Positions 1-11,897 of a DNA stretch of 64,000 nucleotides are shown here, in pieces. Position 1 is the first letter of the stretch, and every line of letters starts with the position of its first letter. The translations under genes and the position numbers were made by a program. The stretch is from the NCBI RefSeq assembly GCF_964213995.1, contig NW_027590134.1, forward strand, positions 868,001-932,000, in the 5' to 3' direction. This stretch comes from Mustelus asterias. Its lineage: Eukaryota. Below the pieces are notes generated by a model. It saw only the letters and a list, made by a program, of their open reading frames with translations, searched no databases and was not told where the DNA came from.

Positions 1-380
1 GAGCAAAGGAAGGAATAGGAACACGAGGAAAACATTTTTCACACAGTGAGTGTTTAAAGTGTGGAATGCACTGTTGGAGAGTGTGGTGGATACAGATTCA
101 ATTGAAACGTCCTCAGGGAATTAGACTGTTGTCCGAAAAGGAAGAATGTGCAGGATTACAGGGAGAAGTCGGAGATGTTGATTTTCTGTCACAACTCCTC
201 ACATCATTTCTCATTCATCTCTCATCACTGAACTGTTCTCTTGTCTTTGCTAAACAAGGAGAAGTGCAGCAATGATTAAATGACAAGACAGCTGGTGGCC
301 TAAGTCGAATGGGAGAGTTAAAAAATTACAAATATGTTTCTACAAGGAGGTGAGGATGGCAGAGAGACGGAATTTGAAAT

Positions 381-480
381 GAAACAGAAAATGCTAGAAA
401 CCTCAGCAGGTCTGGCAGCATCTATCGGGAGAGAAACAGAGTTAATGCTTCCAGTGCCTATGACTCTTCTTCAGAGCTGA
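381..480 (-). mobile_element. Penelope-like terminal relic with degenerate hammerhead motif (family 2); related copies near 6665-6760 (-) and 25546-25632 (+)
   Basis: Minus strand reads CTGAAGA-AGAGTCATAGGCACT-GGAAGC-ATTAACTCTG. The 6665 copy reads CTGATGA-AAGGTCACAAACCT-GAAA. The 25546 copy has CGAAACGTTAACTCTG. All three share the flank ...GATGCTGCC/GCTGCC...CTGCT...TTTTCTG. Confidence 0.5.
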
Positions 481-884
481 GGAGGGGTTGAAATGTGACG
501 GATTTAAAATGTTGAGGAGAATTCGGAGCACAATCTGGATTATTCATTAAAGCAATCACAAAAGCAAATGGCATGTTTGTTTTTATTGCAAGTTAATTGG
601 AGTAGATGAAGAAAAGTGTCTTGCTACAATTGTACAGGAGTTTATGGAGACCACATTTGCAATGCTGTGAACAGCTATGGTATCCACATTTGAGAAAAGA
701 TAAGCTTGCATTAGAGGCGGTACAGAGAAGGTTCACTGGATTGCCCCCCGGAATGAGGAGGTTGTTCCATGTTGAAAGGCCGAGTGAATTAGGCTGAGAG
801 ATCCTAGAGCTCAGAACAATGTGTAGATGCTGAGTGAACGCTTCCATTGCTGTCCTCTGGGCAGACGAGTGGCAGATAAAGTAA

Positions 885-1015
885 AAGTACAGAAAAGTAA
901 AGTTAAAGGAAAGTTTATTAGTCACAAGTAAGGCTTACATTAACATTGCAATGAAGTTACTGTGAAATTCCCCAATTTGCCACAGTCGGGCACCTGTGCG
1001 GGTCAATCACCTAAC
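885..1015 (-). mobile_element. 3' part of a tRNA-derived SINE
   Basis: Reverse complement of the SINE tail at about 6100-6235 (aacttcattgcagtgttaatgtaa...cttgtgacactaataaac). Confidence 0.6.
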
Positions 1016-2309
1016 TAGATGAAGTTCAATGCTGAGAAGTGTGAGTTGATTCATTTTCAGATTGTGGAGAAATAAATGGAGAAACTCTTAAGGAAATGCA
1101 GGAAAAAAGGGATCTCGGTTTCTAAGTACAAAAGTCATTAAAGGTGGCTGAGCATGTTGGGAGAGCAGTTAATAAAGCAAATGGCATCCTACATTTTATT
1201 GGAGGATTAAATAGACGAATAAGAAGATCATGTTGAGCTTTTAAATACACTAGACAGGCCTCACCTGGAGCACTGAGTCCAGTGCTGGGCACCACACTTG
1301 TCGAAGTTTGGAGGGAGTGCAAAGGATATTCACATGAATGATTCCATTGATAAAGGTTTGTAGCAATGATGATCGATTGAGAAGTTGGGTATTTTTCCTT
1401 ACAGGAAGAAGCCTGTGAGGACCTGTAGAGGTACAGGTAGCATTGAGGAAGCAGGTGTGCTGCAGAAGGATTTGTATAGGCTGGGAGAGTGGGCAGAGAA
1501 GTGGCAGATGGAATACAATGTGGAAAAGTGTGAGGTTATGCAGTTTGGAAGGAGGAATGGAGGTGTAGATTATTTTCTAAATTGTGAAATGCTCAGGAAC
1601 TCAGAAGCACAAACGGACTTGGGAGTCCTTGTTCAAGATTCTCTTAAGGCAAACGTGCAGGTTCAGTCGGCAGTTAGGAAGGGAAATGCAATGTCGAGAG
1701 GGTCAGAATACAAGAGCACGGATGTACTTCTGAGGCTGGCAAAGACTCTGGTCAGACCCCATTTGGAGTAATGTGAGCAATTTGGGCCCCTTATCTAAGG
1801 AAGGATGTGTTGGCCTTGGAAAAGGTCCAGAGGAGGTTCACAAGAATGATCCATGGAATGAAGAGCTTGTTGTATGAAGAATGTTTGAGGACTCTGGGTC
1901 TGTACTCGTTGGAATTCACAAGGATGAGTGGGATCTTACTGAAGCTTAGAGGACATTGCGAGGCCTGGATAGAGTGGACACAGAGAGGATTTTTCCACTT
2001 GTAGGAAAAACTAGAACCAGAGGGCACAACCCCAGACTAAAGGGACGATCCTTTAAAACAGAGGAGGAGGAATTTCTTCAGCCAGAGAGTGGCGAATCTG
2101 TGGAAATCTTTGCCGCAAAAGGCTGTGGAGGCCAGGTCATTGAGTGTTTCTAAGACAGAGATGGATAGATTCTTGATGAATAAAGGGATTAGCGGTTATG
2201 GGGAAAAGACAAGAGAATGGGAATGAGAAAAATGGCAGAGCAGTCTCGATGGGCTGAGTGGCCTCATTCTGTTCCTATGTCATATGGTCTTTTGGAAGAG
2301 AAAGAAGGG

Positions 2310-2870
2310 TGGCTTTCGCACTGCTGCTGCAGAATGACAGGGAGTCGGGTTCAATTCAGGCCTTGAGTGACTTACGTATTTTCCAAATTTTCTCTGTGTC
2401 CACGTGGCTTTCCTCCGGGTGCTCTGGTTTCCTCCCACACTCCATTGATAGGGTAAGTGGATTTACCATGCTAAATTTACCCTTATGTCTCCCAGTATGT
2501 TTAGATTAGGAGGGTTAACAGGGTAAATATGTGAGGTTATGTGGACAGGTCAGAGAATCAGTGCTGACTCAATGGGCCGAATGGCCATCTTTTGCAATGT
2601 AGGGATTCATTGATAGAGATTTTCATGTTCCAGTCATGAGTTCATCAAGAACGAGGAGAAGATTTCAAAGTAAGTGTAAAAACTGCAACGATTCAGAGCC
2701 TAATTTACATATCTTTGGAAATTAAAGGAACATTTAACATGGCCAATACACCTAACCTGCACATCTTTGAACCATGGAAGTGAACCAGAGCACCCAGACG
2801 AAACTCATGGGGGAGAATGTGCAAAATCTGCACAGTCAGCAAAGGCCAGGACTCAACCCGGGTCTCTGGG
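2310..2870. mobile_element. Two tRNA-derived SINEs of HE1/V-SINE type (about 2310-2600 +, 2720-2870 -)
   Basis: B-box-like GGTTCAATTC and the core tttcctccgggtgctctggtttcctcccaca, which recurs many times in the window. Confidence 0.65.
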
Positions 2871-3325
2871 GCTATGAGATGGTAGAGTGGGATTGGACAG
2901 CGTGCAATTTTCAATACGGGAGTGTAGACTTGACAGGCCAAATGGGCTGTTACTGCTTTGTAAAGATTCTGTGGTTTGGGAATCTAAAACATAATCCTAT
3001 TGCATGGAGCAGCAGGCTTGAGGGGCCATTTAGTCCACTTCTGATGCGATTTATTGTGCTGCTGTGTCCAGAAAGCTGCAAATTGAGTTCTCATCATTAA
3101 ATCTGAATTTACTCCAAATACCGTTGATGCATCAACTCAGTGCTCAGTGACAAACACTGACCCGCGGTTAAACAATGTCTCAATTTTAATATTCTTATCC
3201 GTGTTTCCAAACCCTCCATGTCCTCAGCTCTTCCTCCCTTTCATCACCTTCAGCCTAACAATCCTCTGAGAGATCTGAGCTCCTCTGATTCTGCCCTCGT
3301 GAGCATCCCTGATTTGGTTCACTCC

Positions 3326-3525
3326 GTAAGAAGTCTCACAACACCAGGTTAAAGTCCAACAGGTTTATTTGGTAGCAAATACCATAAGCTTCGTCAGATC
3401 TGACGAAGGAGCAGTGCTCCGAAAGCTTATGGTATTTGCTACCAAATAAACGTGTTGGACTTTAACCTGGTGTTGTAAGACTGCTTACTGTGTTCACCCC
3501 AGTCCAACGCCGGCATCTCCACATC
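3326..3525 (+). mobile_element. Short Penelope-like element with inverted arm and hammerhead motif
   Basis: 12-bp TSD TTGGTTCACTCC (3314-3325 and 3526-3537), an inverted repeat, hammerhead core CTGACGA-AGGAGCAGTGCTCC-GAAAGCTT (about 3400-3428) and tail ccagtccaacgccggcatctccacatc. Confidence 0.8.
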
Positions 3526-3809
3526 TTGGTTCACTCCACCAGTGATGGTCGCACTTTCAGCTCTCTGGATCAGCTCTGGAATTCCCTCTCTAAACGCCGC
3601 TGCTTCTTGCTTGCCTTCCTCCCAGTTCTTTTTTGTCACCTGTTCCCTTCATTTATTTCCTCCTTCCTTTCCCGCGGGGTTCAGCTTTTGCATCCTCTGA
3701 CTTTACGCAGTCCTTTTGCCGCTTTAACTGCCATCAAAGAATTATAATTGAACAACCATAATTCTGTGAGCGGTTCCACTTTAAGGATTATTTCGGCCAC
3801 AAATTCTTT

Positions 3810-4300
3810 GATTTCTCATTGGTTTCAGCTCCGGATCGAATTGAATGACGCAATGACGCTGGGCTGGGAGTGACGCTGCACGAGTCGCGCACGAGCGGCA
3901 CATTCCGATTGGACAGTGCGTTCCGATTGGCGAGAGAAGATGTCCATCTCATTGGGGGCGTGCGTTGTTAGCAACGCGGTCTGTGATTGGGTACAATTAG
4001 AGCGTCATTTTCAATGGTCTCGAACTTCTGACTATGGAGATCACGGATTGGATAAAGCAGCTGTCACTCAGTGGGCGCAGAGCGGCCATTGGATAACCGC
4101 GATGGGGCAATTTCCGATTGGTTTTCCCAGCTGCCGGTCACAGGCCGTTGGCGGGGATTCACCCCGGGCCCATCAGACACCGCGCGGAGCGGCAGCAAAT
4201 GTCCCGCCAGTGGCTTCAGTCCCCGGGCCCGGATTCTGAGCCCGCGGCGGAGCTCCGGATGGGAGCAGGGTTTCGGCAGCGGGAATCCCATCCTGCATGG
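3810..4300. promoter_or_regulatory. CpG-rich promoter-like region with 8 co-oriented ATTGG (CCAAT) boxes
   Basis: ATTGG at 3818, 3908, 3926, 3951, 3986, 4047, 4088 and 4117; TGACG half-sites; near-palindrome gcgttgttagcaacgc at 3962-3977; CpG-dense. Confidence 0.6.
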
Positions 4301-4309
4301 CTGTGAATA

Positions 4310-4580
4310 GGGCGGCACCGTGGTTAGGGACCCTAGTTCGATTACGGTTTGGGTCACTGACTGTGCGGAGTCTGCACGTTCTCCCCGTGGGTTTCCTCCG
4401 GTTTCCTCCCACAGTTCAAAGATGTGTGGGTTCGGTGGATTGGCCGTGCTAAGTTGCCCCTGAGTGTCCGGGAGATCAGCTAGGGTAAATGCATGGGGTT
4501 ATGGAGATAGGACCTGGGTGAGATTGTGGTTGGTGCGGACTCGATGGGCCGAATGACCGCCTTCTACGCTGTAGGATTCC
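4310..4580 (+). mobile_element. tRNA-derived SINE (HE1/V-SINE type)
   Basis: Starts GGGCGGCACCGTGG, has a GTTCGATT B-box and the shared core and tail. Confidence 0.7.
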
Positions 4581-5275
4581 ATAAATCCGCAGCTCAGGGT
4601 TTCAATGGCAGCTTCCTGTGTAAACGTGTCACGCTGCAGTTCCCCAGTCTCAGCAGTGGCGGCACTGCAAACTCCCTGGAGTCAGGCCAATCAGCACAGA
4701 GACTGGGATCTTCCTGTGCTCTATGTGTGGGGCTCAGTGCCATTCCCGGTTAGAGCAACTCACTTTGCAGAGGCCACGGTTAGATCCTGGAATCATCCTG
4801 TGCTCTGTTTTGGGGGTGGGGCTTGGTTCCTCTGACTGAATCTCCCTTCTTGTTTGGTTCCAATTATAGCCTCTCTCTCTCTTATCGTCAGTCTGGGTGT
4901 TCCTGACTGAGCAGAATGGCCTGATCTCACCACACACATTGAGATGGAGGAGCTGCCGCTTGAGGTGCAGATGATTGAGAACTCCAGCCTTCTCTACACT
5001 TGTTTACTGAGGCCCAGCCCTTCATCCATCTTTAGTTTTCCCAGGATGTCAGGTACATTAACATCTTCATCTGCTGTGCACACTGACCTGACAGTGTGAA
5101 GGTATTGGAGCAGGATAGTGCAGTCAACCATGTCAAAGGTGTGGACAGGTTGAGAAGGATAAGGAGGGATAGTTTAACTGGGTAAGACTGCATTTACCCT
5201 GTTCTGATCTTTTCTTTCTGGCTATATGCAAAATATCACCTGCAATGATTTCCTGCCACTGCCACCCTTAATCAA

Positions 5276-5358
5276 TGTCAGGACTGGAATTTGAAACCAG
5301 GCCTCGAGAGGAGTCTGTGACCTGAACGCAGCAGCTTCGACTACTCAGCCGTCCTGAC
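5276..5358 (-). pseudogene. tRNA-Leu(CAG) pseudogene
   Basis: Collinear with the intact copy at 25280-25362 (tgtcagg...gacctgaacgcagc...cctgac), with many substitutions in the D, variable and T arms. Confidence 0.75.
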
Positions 5359-5729
5359 ACAGACTATTTATTTCACTCCTCTGCCACTTTATGGTTCCCC
5401 ACTTTTAATTCCCAGTCTCGATCTCTCAGGAGCTTATGTTCACTTTAGCCTCTCTCTTGTTATATATTTAAAGAAACTCTTTCTGATTCTTTTTATATTA
5501 CTTGTTCATTTACGTTTGTCGTTCATCTTCTCTCACGTTAGTATTTTTTTGGTCATCATTTGTTGGTTTTAGAAACTTCCCCAATGCTCTGTCTTATCAC
5601 GAATATATGAAACATCCTATGTTCTTCTTTCAGTTTAATGCAATCTTAACTTCCTCGGTTAACCATGGTTGATTTATTCCCTTTCAGAATCCTTGTTCAA
5701 CACTGGTATATATCTTTGTTGTGAGTCAC

Positions 5730-6235
5730 TATCTGTGTGGAGTCTGCACGTTCCCTCCGTGTCTGTGTGTGTTTCCTCTGGGTACTCCAGTTCCTCCCGC
5801 AGTCTGAAAGGCTGAAAGGAACATTACAGCACAGGAACAGGCCCTTCAGCCCTCCAAGCCTGCACCGACCATGCTGCCTGACTGAACTAAAACCCTCTAC
5901 CCTTCCGGGGACCATATCCCTCTATTCCCATCCTATTCATGTATTTGTCAAGACGCCCCTTAAAACTCACTGCCGTATCCACTTCCACGACCTCCCCTGG
6001 CAACGAGTTCCAGGCACCCACTACTCTCTGTGTAAAAAATCTGCCTCATACATCTTCTTTAAACCTTGCCCCTGGCACCTTCAACCTGTGCCCCCTAGTT
6101 CGGTGAATTGGTCATGCTAAATTCTCCCTCAGTCTACCTGAACAGCCGCCGGAGTATGGCGACGAGGGGATTTTCACAATAACTTCATTGCAGTGTTAAT
6201 GTAAACCTACTTGTGACACTAATAAACAAACTTTA
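5730..6235. mobile_element. SINE (+) interrupted by a ~285-bp CR1 3' end (about 5815-6098, -)
   Basis: SINE core sequence lies on both sides; the insert is nearly identical to about 7075-7355. Confidence 0.7.
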
Positions 6236-8400
6236 ACCTTTACCAATTAAAAACATTATGAGCGACCCTGTCGAAAGTATTCTGAAATTCTAAATAAACA
6301 ACATCCACCGGTTCTTCCTGGTCAACTCTACTAGTTACATCCTCGAAGAACTTCAGTAGTTTTATCAAGCATGATTTCCCTTTTGTAAATCCATGCTGAC
6401 TTTATCTGATCATAACACTGCTTTCCAAACGCTTGGTAATGGGCTCGAGCAGCTGCCCTACGACTGACGTTCGGCTGACTGGTCATTGGTTCCCTCTTTC
6501 CTCTCTACCTCTGTTTTTGAATACAGGGTTTAGATTAGTTACCTCTCTATCCCTTGAAAGTAGTGACTCTGGCTGGGTTCAGTTCGACACTCACTGGTTC
6601 CTCTCTCTCTCTCCTGAAGGTGCTGTCTCTGGCTGGGATCTGTTCAGACACTGGAAATATGCAATAAAAGCAGAAAAGAAAGCTCAGCAGATTGGGCAGC
6701 ATCTGTTTAGAGAGAGAAACAGTGTTAGTTTTTCAGGTTTGTGACCTTTCATCAGAACTTGAAAACATAGAAACTCGGAACAGGAGTCGGCCATTCAACC
6801 CTTCGTGTCTGTTCCATCATTCAATGTGATCATGGCTGATCCTCTATCTCAATTCCATATTCTGTTTTTCCCAATACCCCTTGATGCCATTAAAATCTAA
6901 AAAAAATCTCTCTCTCCTTCTTGAACCTATGCAGTGACTTTGTCTTCACAGCTTCTTTGGTCGAGAATTCCATAGGTTCACCTCCTCTGAGTGAAGAAAT
7001 TTTCCCTCATCTCATTCCTAAATGGTGTACCCCGTATCCTAAGACTGAGCCCCATTGTTTTACATTCAAAGAACAAGGAACATTACAGCACAGGAACAGG
7101 CCCTTCAGCCCTCCAAGCCTGCACCGACCATGCTGCCTGACTGAACTAAAACCCTCTACCCTTCCGGGGACCATATCCCTCTATTCCCATCCTATTCATG
7201 TATTTGTCAAGACGCCCCTTAAAACTCACTGCCGTATCCACTTCCACTACCTCTCCTGGCAACGAGTTCCAGGCACCCACCACTCTCTGTGTAAAATATC
7301 TGCCTCATACATCTTCTTTAAACCTTGCCCCTGGCACCTTCAACCTGTGCCCCTGAGTAATTGACTCTTCCACCCTGGGAAAAAGCTTCTGACTATCCAC
7401 TCTGTCCATGCCTCTCACAATCTTGTAGATGTCTATCAGGTCGCCCCTCATCCTCCGTCGTTCCAGTGAGAACAAACCAAGTTTCTCCAACCTCTCTTCA
7501 TAGTTAATGCCCTCCATACCAGGCAACATCCTGGTAAATCTTTTCTGTACCCTCTCCAAAGCCTCTACATCCTTCTGGTAGTGTGGCGACCAGAATTGAA
7601 CACTATGTTCCAAGTGCGTCCTAACTAAGGTTCGATAAAGCTGCAACATGACTTGCCAATTTTTAAACTCAATGCCCCGGCCGATGAAGGCAAGCATGCC
7701 GTATGCCTTCTTGACTACCTTCTCCACCTGCATTGCCACTTTCAGTGACCTGTGTACCTATTCACCCAGATCTTTTTGCCTATCAATACTCTTAAGTGTT
7801 CTGCCATTTACTGTATATTTCCTATCTGTATGAGACCTTCCAAAATGCATTACCTCACATTTGTCCGGGTTAAACTCCACGTGCCATCTCTCTGCCCAAG
7901 TCTCCAACTGATCTACATCCTGCTGTATCCTCTGATGGTCCTCACCGCTATCTGCAAATCCATCAACCTTTGTGTCGTCTGCAAACTTACTAATCAAGCC
8001 AGTTACATTTTCCTCCAAATCATTTATATATATTACAAACAGCAAAGATTCCAGCACTGATCCCTGAGGAACGCCACTTGTCACAGCCCTCCATTCAGAA
8101 ACACACCGTTCCACTGCTACCCTCTGTTTTCTGTGACCAAGCCAGTTTTGTATCCACGTAGCCAGCACACATCTGATCCCATGCAACTTCACCTTCTGCA
8201 CGAGTCTGCCATGAGGGACCTTGTCAAAGGCCTTACTGAAGTCCAAGTATACAACATCCACTGCCCTACCCTGATCAATCATCTTTGTTACTTCCTCGAA
8301 AAACTCGATCAAGTTCGTGAGACACAACCTCCCTGCTTGCCATCCTTCTTAAATAAAGGAACAACATTGGCTATTCTCCAATCCTCTGGGACCTCCCCTG

Positions 8401-8551
8401 TAAGAGTTTTAACAACACCAGGTTAAAGTCCAACAGGTTTATTTGGTAGCAAATGCCATTTGCTACCAGATAAACCTGTTGGACTTTAACCTGGTGTTGT
8501 TAAAATTCTGACTGTGTTTACCTCAGTCCAACACCGGCATCTCCACATCAT
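8401..8551 (+). mobile_element. Penelope-like relic (hairpin plus tail, hammerhead core absent) inserted in CR1-A ORF2
   Basis: Inverted arms, the same tail as 3326-3525, and TSD GACCTCCCCTG/GACGTCCCCTG (8390-8400, 8552-8562). Confidence 0.75.
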
Positions 8552-9765
8552 GACGTCCCCTGTTGCCAGTGAGGATACAAAGATTTCCCTCAAGTCCCCA
8601 GCAATTTCCTCCCTTGCCTCTCTCAGTATTTTGGGGTATACCCCATCAGGCCCTAGGGACTTGTCTACCTTAATGTTTCTCAAGAACCTCAATACCTCCT
8701 CCTTTTTGATATCAACATGGCTCAAACTATCTACACATCCTTTCCCAGACTCATCACCCACCAAGTCCTTATCTTTGGTGAATACTGATGCAAAGTACTC
8801 ATTTAATATCTCACCCATTTGCTCTGGTTCCATGCATAGATTCCCTCCCTTGTCCTTGAGTGGGCCCACCCTCTCCCTGGCTACCCTCTTGCTCTTGACA
8901 TATGTATAAAAAGCCTTGGGATTTTCCTTAATCCTGCTGGCCAATGCTTTTTCGTGACCCCTTTTAGCCCTCCTTACTCCTTGCTTAAGTTTCTTTCTAA
9001 CTTTCCTTGTATTCTACACTTGCTTCGTGTGTTCCCGGCCTCCTAGCTTTGACAAATGCTTCCTTTTTCTCTTTGACTCGGCTCACAATATCTCTCGTTA
9101 TCCAAGGTTCCCAAAACTTGCCATACTTATCCTTCATCCTTACAGGAATGTGCTGGTCCTGAATCCCTATCAACTTACATTTGAAAGCCTCCCACATGCC
9201 AGATGTTGATTTGCCCTCAAACATCTTCCCCCAATCTACATTCTTCTGTTCCTGCCTAATATTGTTGTAATTAGTCTTCCCCCAATTTAGCACCTTAACT
9301 TGAGGACTACACTTATCTTTATCCACCAGTACCTTAAAGCTTACTGGATTGTGGTCACTGTTCCCGAACTGCTCCCCGACTGAAACATCGACCACCTGGC
9401 TTGGCTCATTCCTCAATACCAGGTCCAGTATGGCCCCTTCCCTAGTTGGACTATCTACATATTGTTTCAAGAAGCCCTCCTGGATGCTCCTCACAAACTC
9501 TGCCCCATCCACGCCCCTAGCATTAAGTGAGTCCCAATCAATATAGGGGAAGTTAAAATCTCCCACCACAACAACCCTGTTACTTTTATACCTTGCCAAA
9601 ATCTGCCAACATATCTGTTCCTCTATCTCCCGCTGGCGTTGGGTGGCCAATAGTAAACCCCCAACATTATGACTACACCTTTCCTATTCCTGAGCTCTAC
9701 CCATATTGCCTCGCTGTATGAGCCCTCTGAGGTGACCTCCCGGAGTACAGCTGTGATATTCTCCT

Positions 9766-11897
9766 CATACTCACCTGATGAACAAAGAACAATACAGCAC
9801 AGCAACAGACCCTTCGGCCCTCCAAGCCTGCCCCGATCATGTGTTCCTAATTAGACCATCCGTTTGTATCCCTCTATTCCCAGTCTGTTCATATTTCTAT
9901 GAACAGACTGGGAATAGAGGGATATTTCTATGAACAGACTGGGAATAGAGGGATACAAACGGATGGTCTAGTTCGGAACACATGATCGGGGCAGGCTTGG
10001 AGGGCTGAAGGGTCTGTTGCTGTGCTGTATTGTTCTTTGTTCATCAGGTGAGTATGAGGAGAATATCCATGTTCATGTGGCTATCTAGATAAGTCTTAAA
10101 TTATCCCAGCGTGTCTGCCTCAACCACCTTGCTTGGCAGTGCATTCCAGGCCCCCACCACCCTCTGTGTAAAATACGTCCCCCGCATATCTGTATTGAAC
10201 CTTGCCCCCTTGAAACTTGTGACCCCTTGTGTTTGTCATTTCTAAACTGGGAAAAAGCTTCCAACTGTTCACCCTATCTATGCCCTTCATAATTTTATAA
10301 ACCTCTATTAGGTCGCCCCTCAACCTCCGTCTTTCCAGGGAGAACAACCCTAGTTTACTCAATCTCGCCTCATATCTAATACCCTCCATACCAGGCAACG
10401 TCCTGGTAAGCCTTTTCTGCACTCTCTCCAAAGCCTCCACGTCCTTCTGGTAGTGTGGCGACCAGAACTGGACGCAGTATTCCAAATGTGGCCTAACCAA
10501 CGTTCTATATAACTGCAACATCATATGCCAACTTTTATACTCTATGCCCCGTCCAATAAAGGCAAGCATGCCATATGCCTTCTTCACCACCTTTTCCAAC
10601 TGTGCTGCCACCTTTAAGGATCTGTGGACTTGCACACCCAGATCCCTCTGCGTGTCTATACTCCTGATGGGTCTGCCATTTATTGTATAGCTCCCCACTG
10701 CATTAGATCTACCAAAATGCATCACTTCTCATTTATCTGGATTAAATTCCATCTGCCATTTCTCTGTCCAATTTTCCAGCCTATCTATATCCTGCTGTAT
10801 TCTCTGACAATGTTCATCACTATCCGCAACTCCAGCAGTCTTTGTGTCGTCCGCAAACTTACTAATCAGACCAGCTACATCTTCCAAATCATTTATATAT
10901 ATCACAAACAGCAGAGGTCCCAGTACAGAGCCCTGCGCAACACCACTAGTCACAAACCTCCAATCAGAAAAAGACCCCTCCACTGCTACCCTCTGTCTTC
11001 TATGGCCAAGCCAGTTCTGTACCCATCTAGCTAGTTCACCTTTGATCCCATGAGATTTAATCTTTTGCACCAGTCTGCCATGAGGGACCTTGTCAAATGC
11101 TTTACTAAAATCCATGGAGACGACATCCACGGCCCTTTCCTTGTCTATCATTTTTGTCACCTCCTCAAAAAACTCAACCAAATTTGTGAGGCATGACCTC
11201 CCTCATACAAAACCATGTTGTCTATCGCTAATGAGACTATTCAGTTCTAAACGTGTATAGATTCTATCTCTAAGAATCTTCTCCAACAATTTCCCTACCA
11301 CGGACGTCAAGCTCACTGGCCTATAATTACCCCGGTTATCCTTGCTACCCTTCTTAAATAACAGGACCACATTTGCTATCCTCCAATCCTCTGGGACCTC
11401 ACCTGTGTCCAATGAAGAAACAAAGATTTCTGTTAGAGGCCCAGCAATTTCATCTCTTGTCTCTCTCACTAATCTAGGACAGATGCCATCTGGCCCTGGG
11501 GATTTGTCTACCTTTATGCTTCCTAAAACACCTCACACTTCCTCCCTTGTAATTGCGATTTGTTCTAACGGGTCTACAGATCCCTCTGAGACACTACCAA
11601 TCAACGTGTCTGTCTTCTTTGTGAATACTGATGCAAAGTATTCATTTAGGATCTCACCTACTTCCTTGGGTTCTAAGCATAATTCCCTTCCTTTGTTCTT
11701 GAGAGGTCCGACTCTTTCTCTGACAACCCTCTTGTTCCTAACATATGTATAAAATGCCTTGGGATTCTCCTTAATGAAGGGGCAGCGCTCCGAACCTAGT
11801 GGCTTGTGCTACCAAATAAACCTGTTTGACTTTAACCTGGTGTTGTGAGACTTCTTACTGTGTTTATCCCAGTCCAACGCCGGCATCTCCACATCAT
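9766..11897 (+). mobile_element. Penelope-like relic split by CR1-B (pieces at 9766-9782 and 11775-11897)
   Basis: Joining CTCACCTGATGAA to (TGAA)GGGGCAGCGCTCCGAA restores the hammerhead; outer TSD ATATTCTCCT (9756-9765, 11896-11905). Confidence 0.7.
9783..11773 (-). mobile_element. 5'-truncated CR1 (CR1-B)
   Basis: RT ORFs 10120-10725, 10729-11181 and 11203-11469; gaacaaa-type tail; apparent TSD ATGAA (9778-9782, 11774-11778). Confidence 0.85.

Larger units (their letters stand above)
1..2290 (+). mobile_element. Several decayed CR1 LINE ORF2 3' fragments (about 1-180, 530-880, 1017-1410, 1425-2290)
   Basis: ORF fragments with CR1 RT C-terminal motifs (WAEKWQMEYNVEKCEVM, LVRPHLE, LEKVQRRFTRMI), broken by stops and frameshifts. 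Confidence 0.85.
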
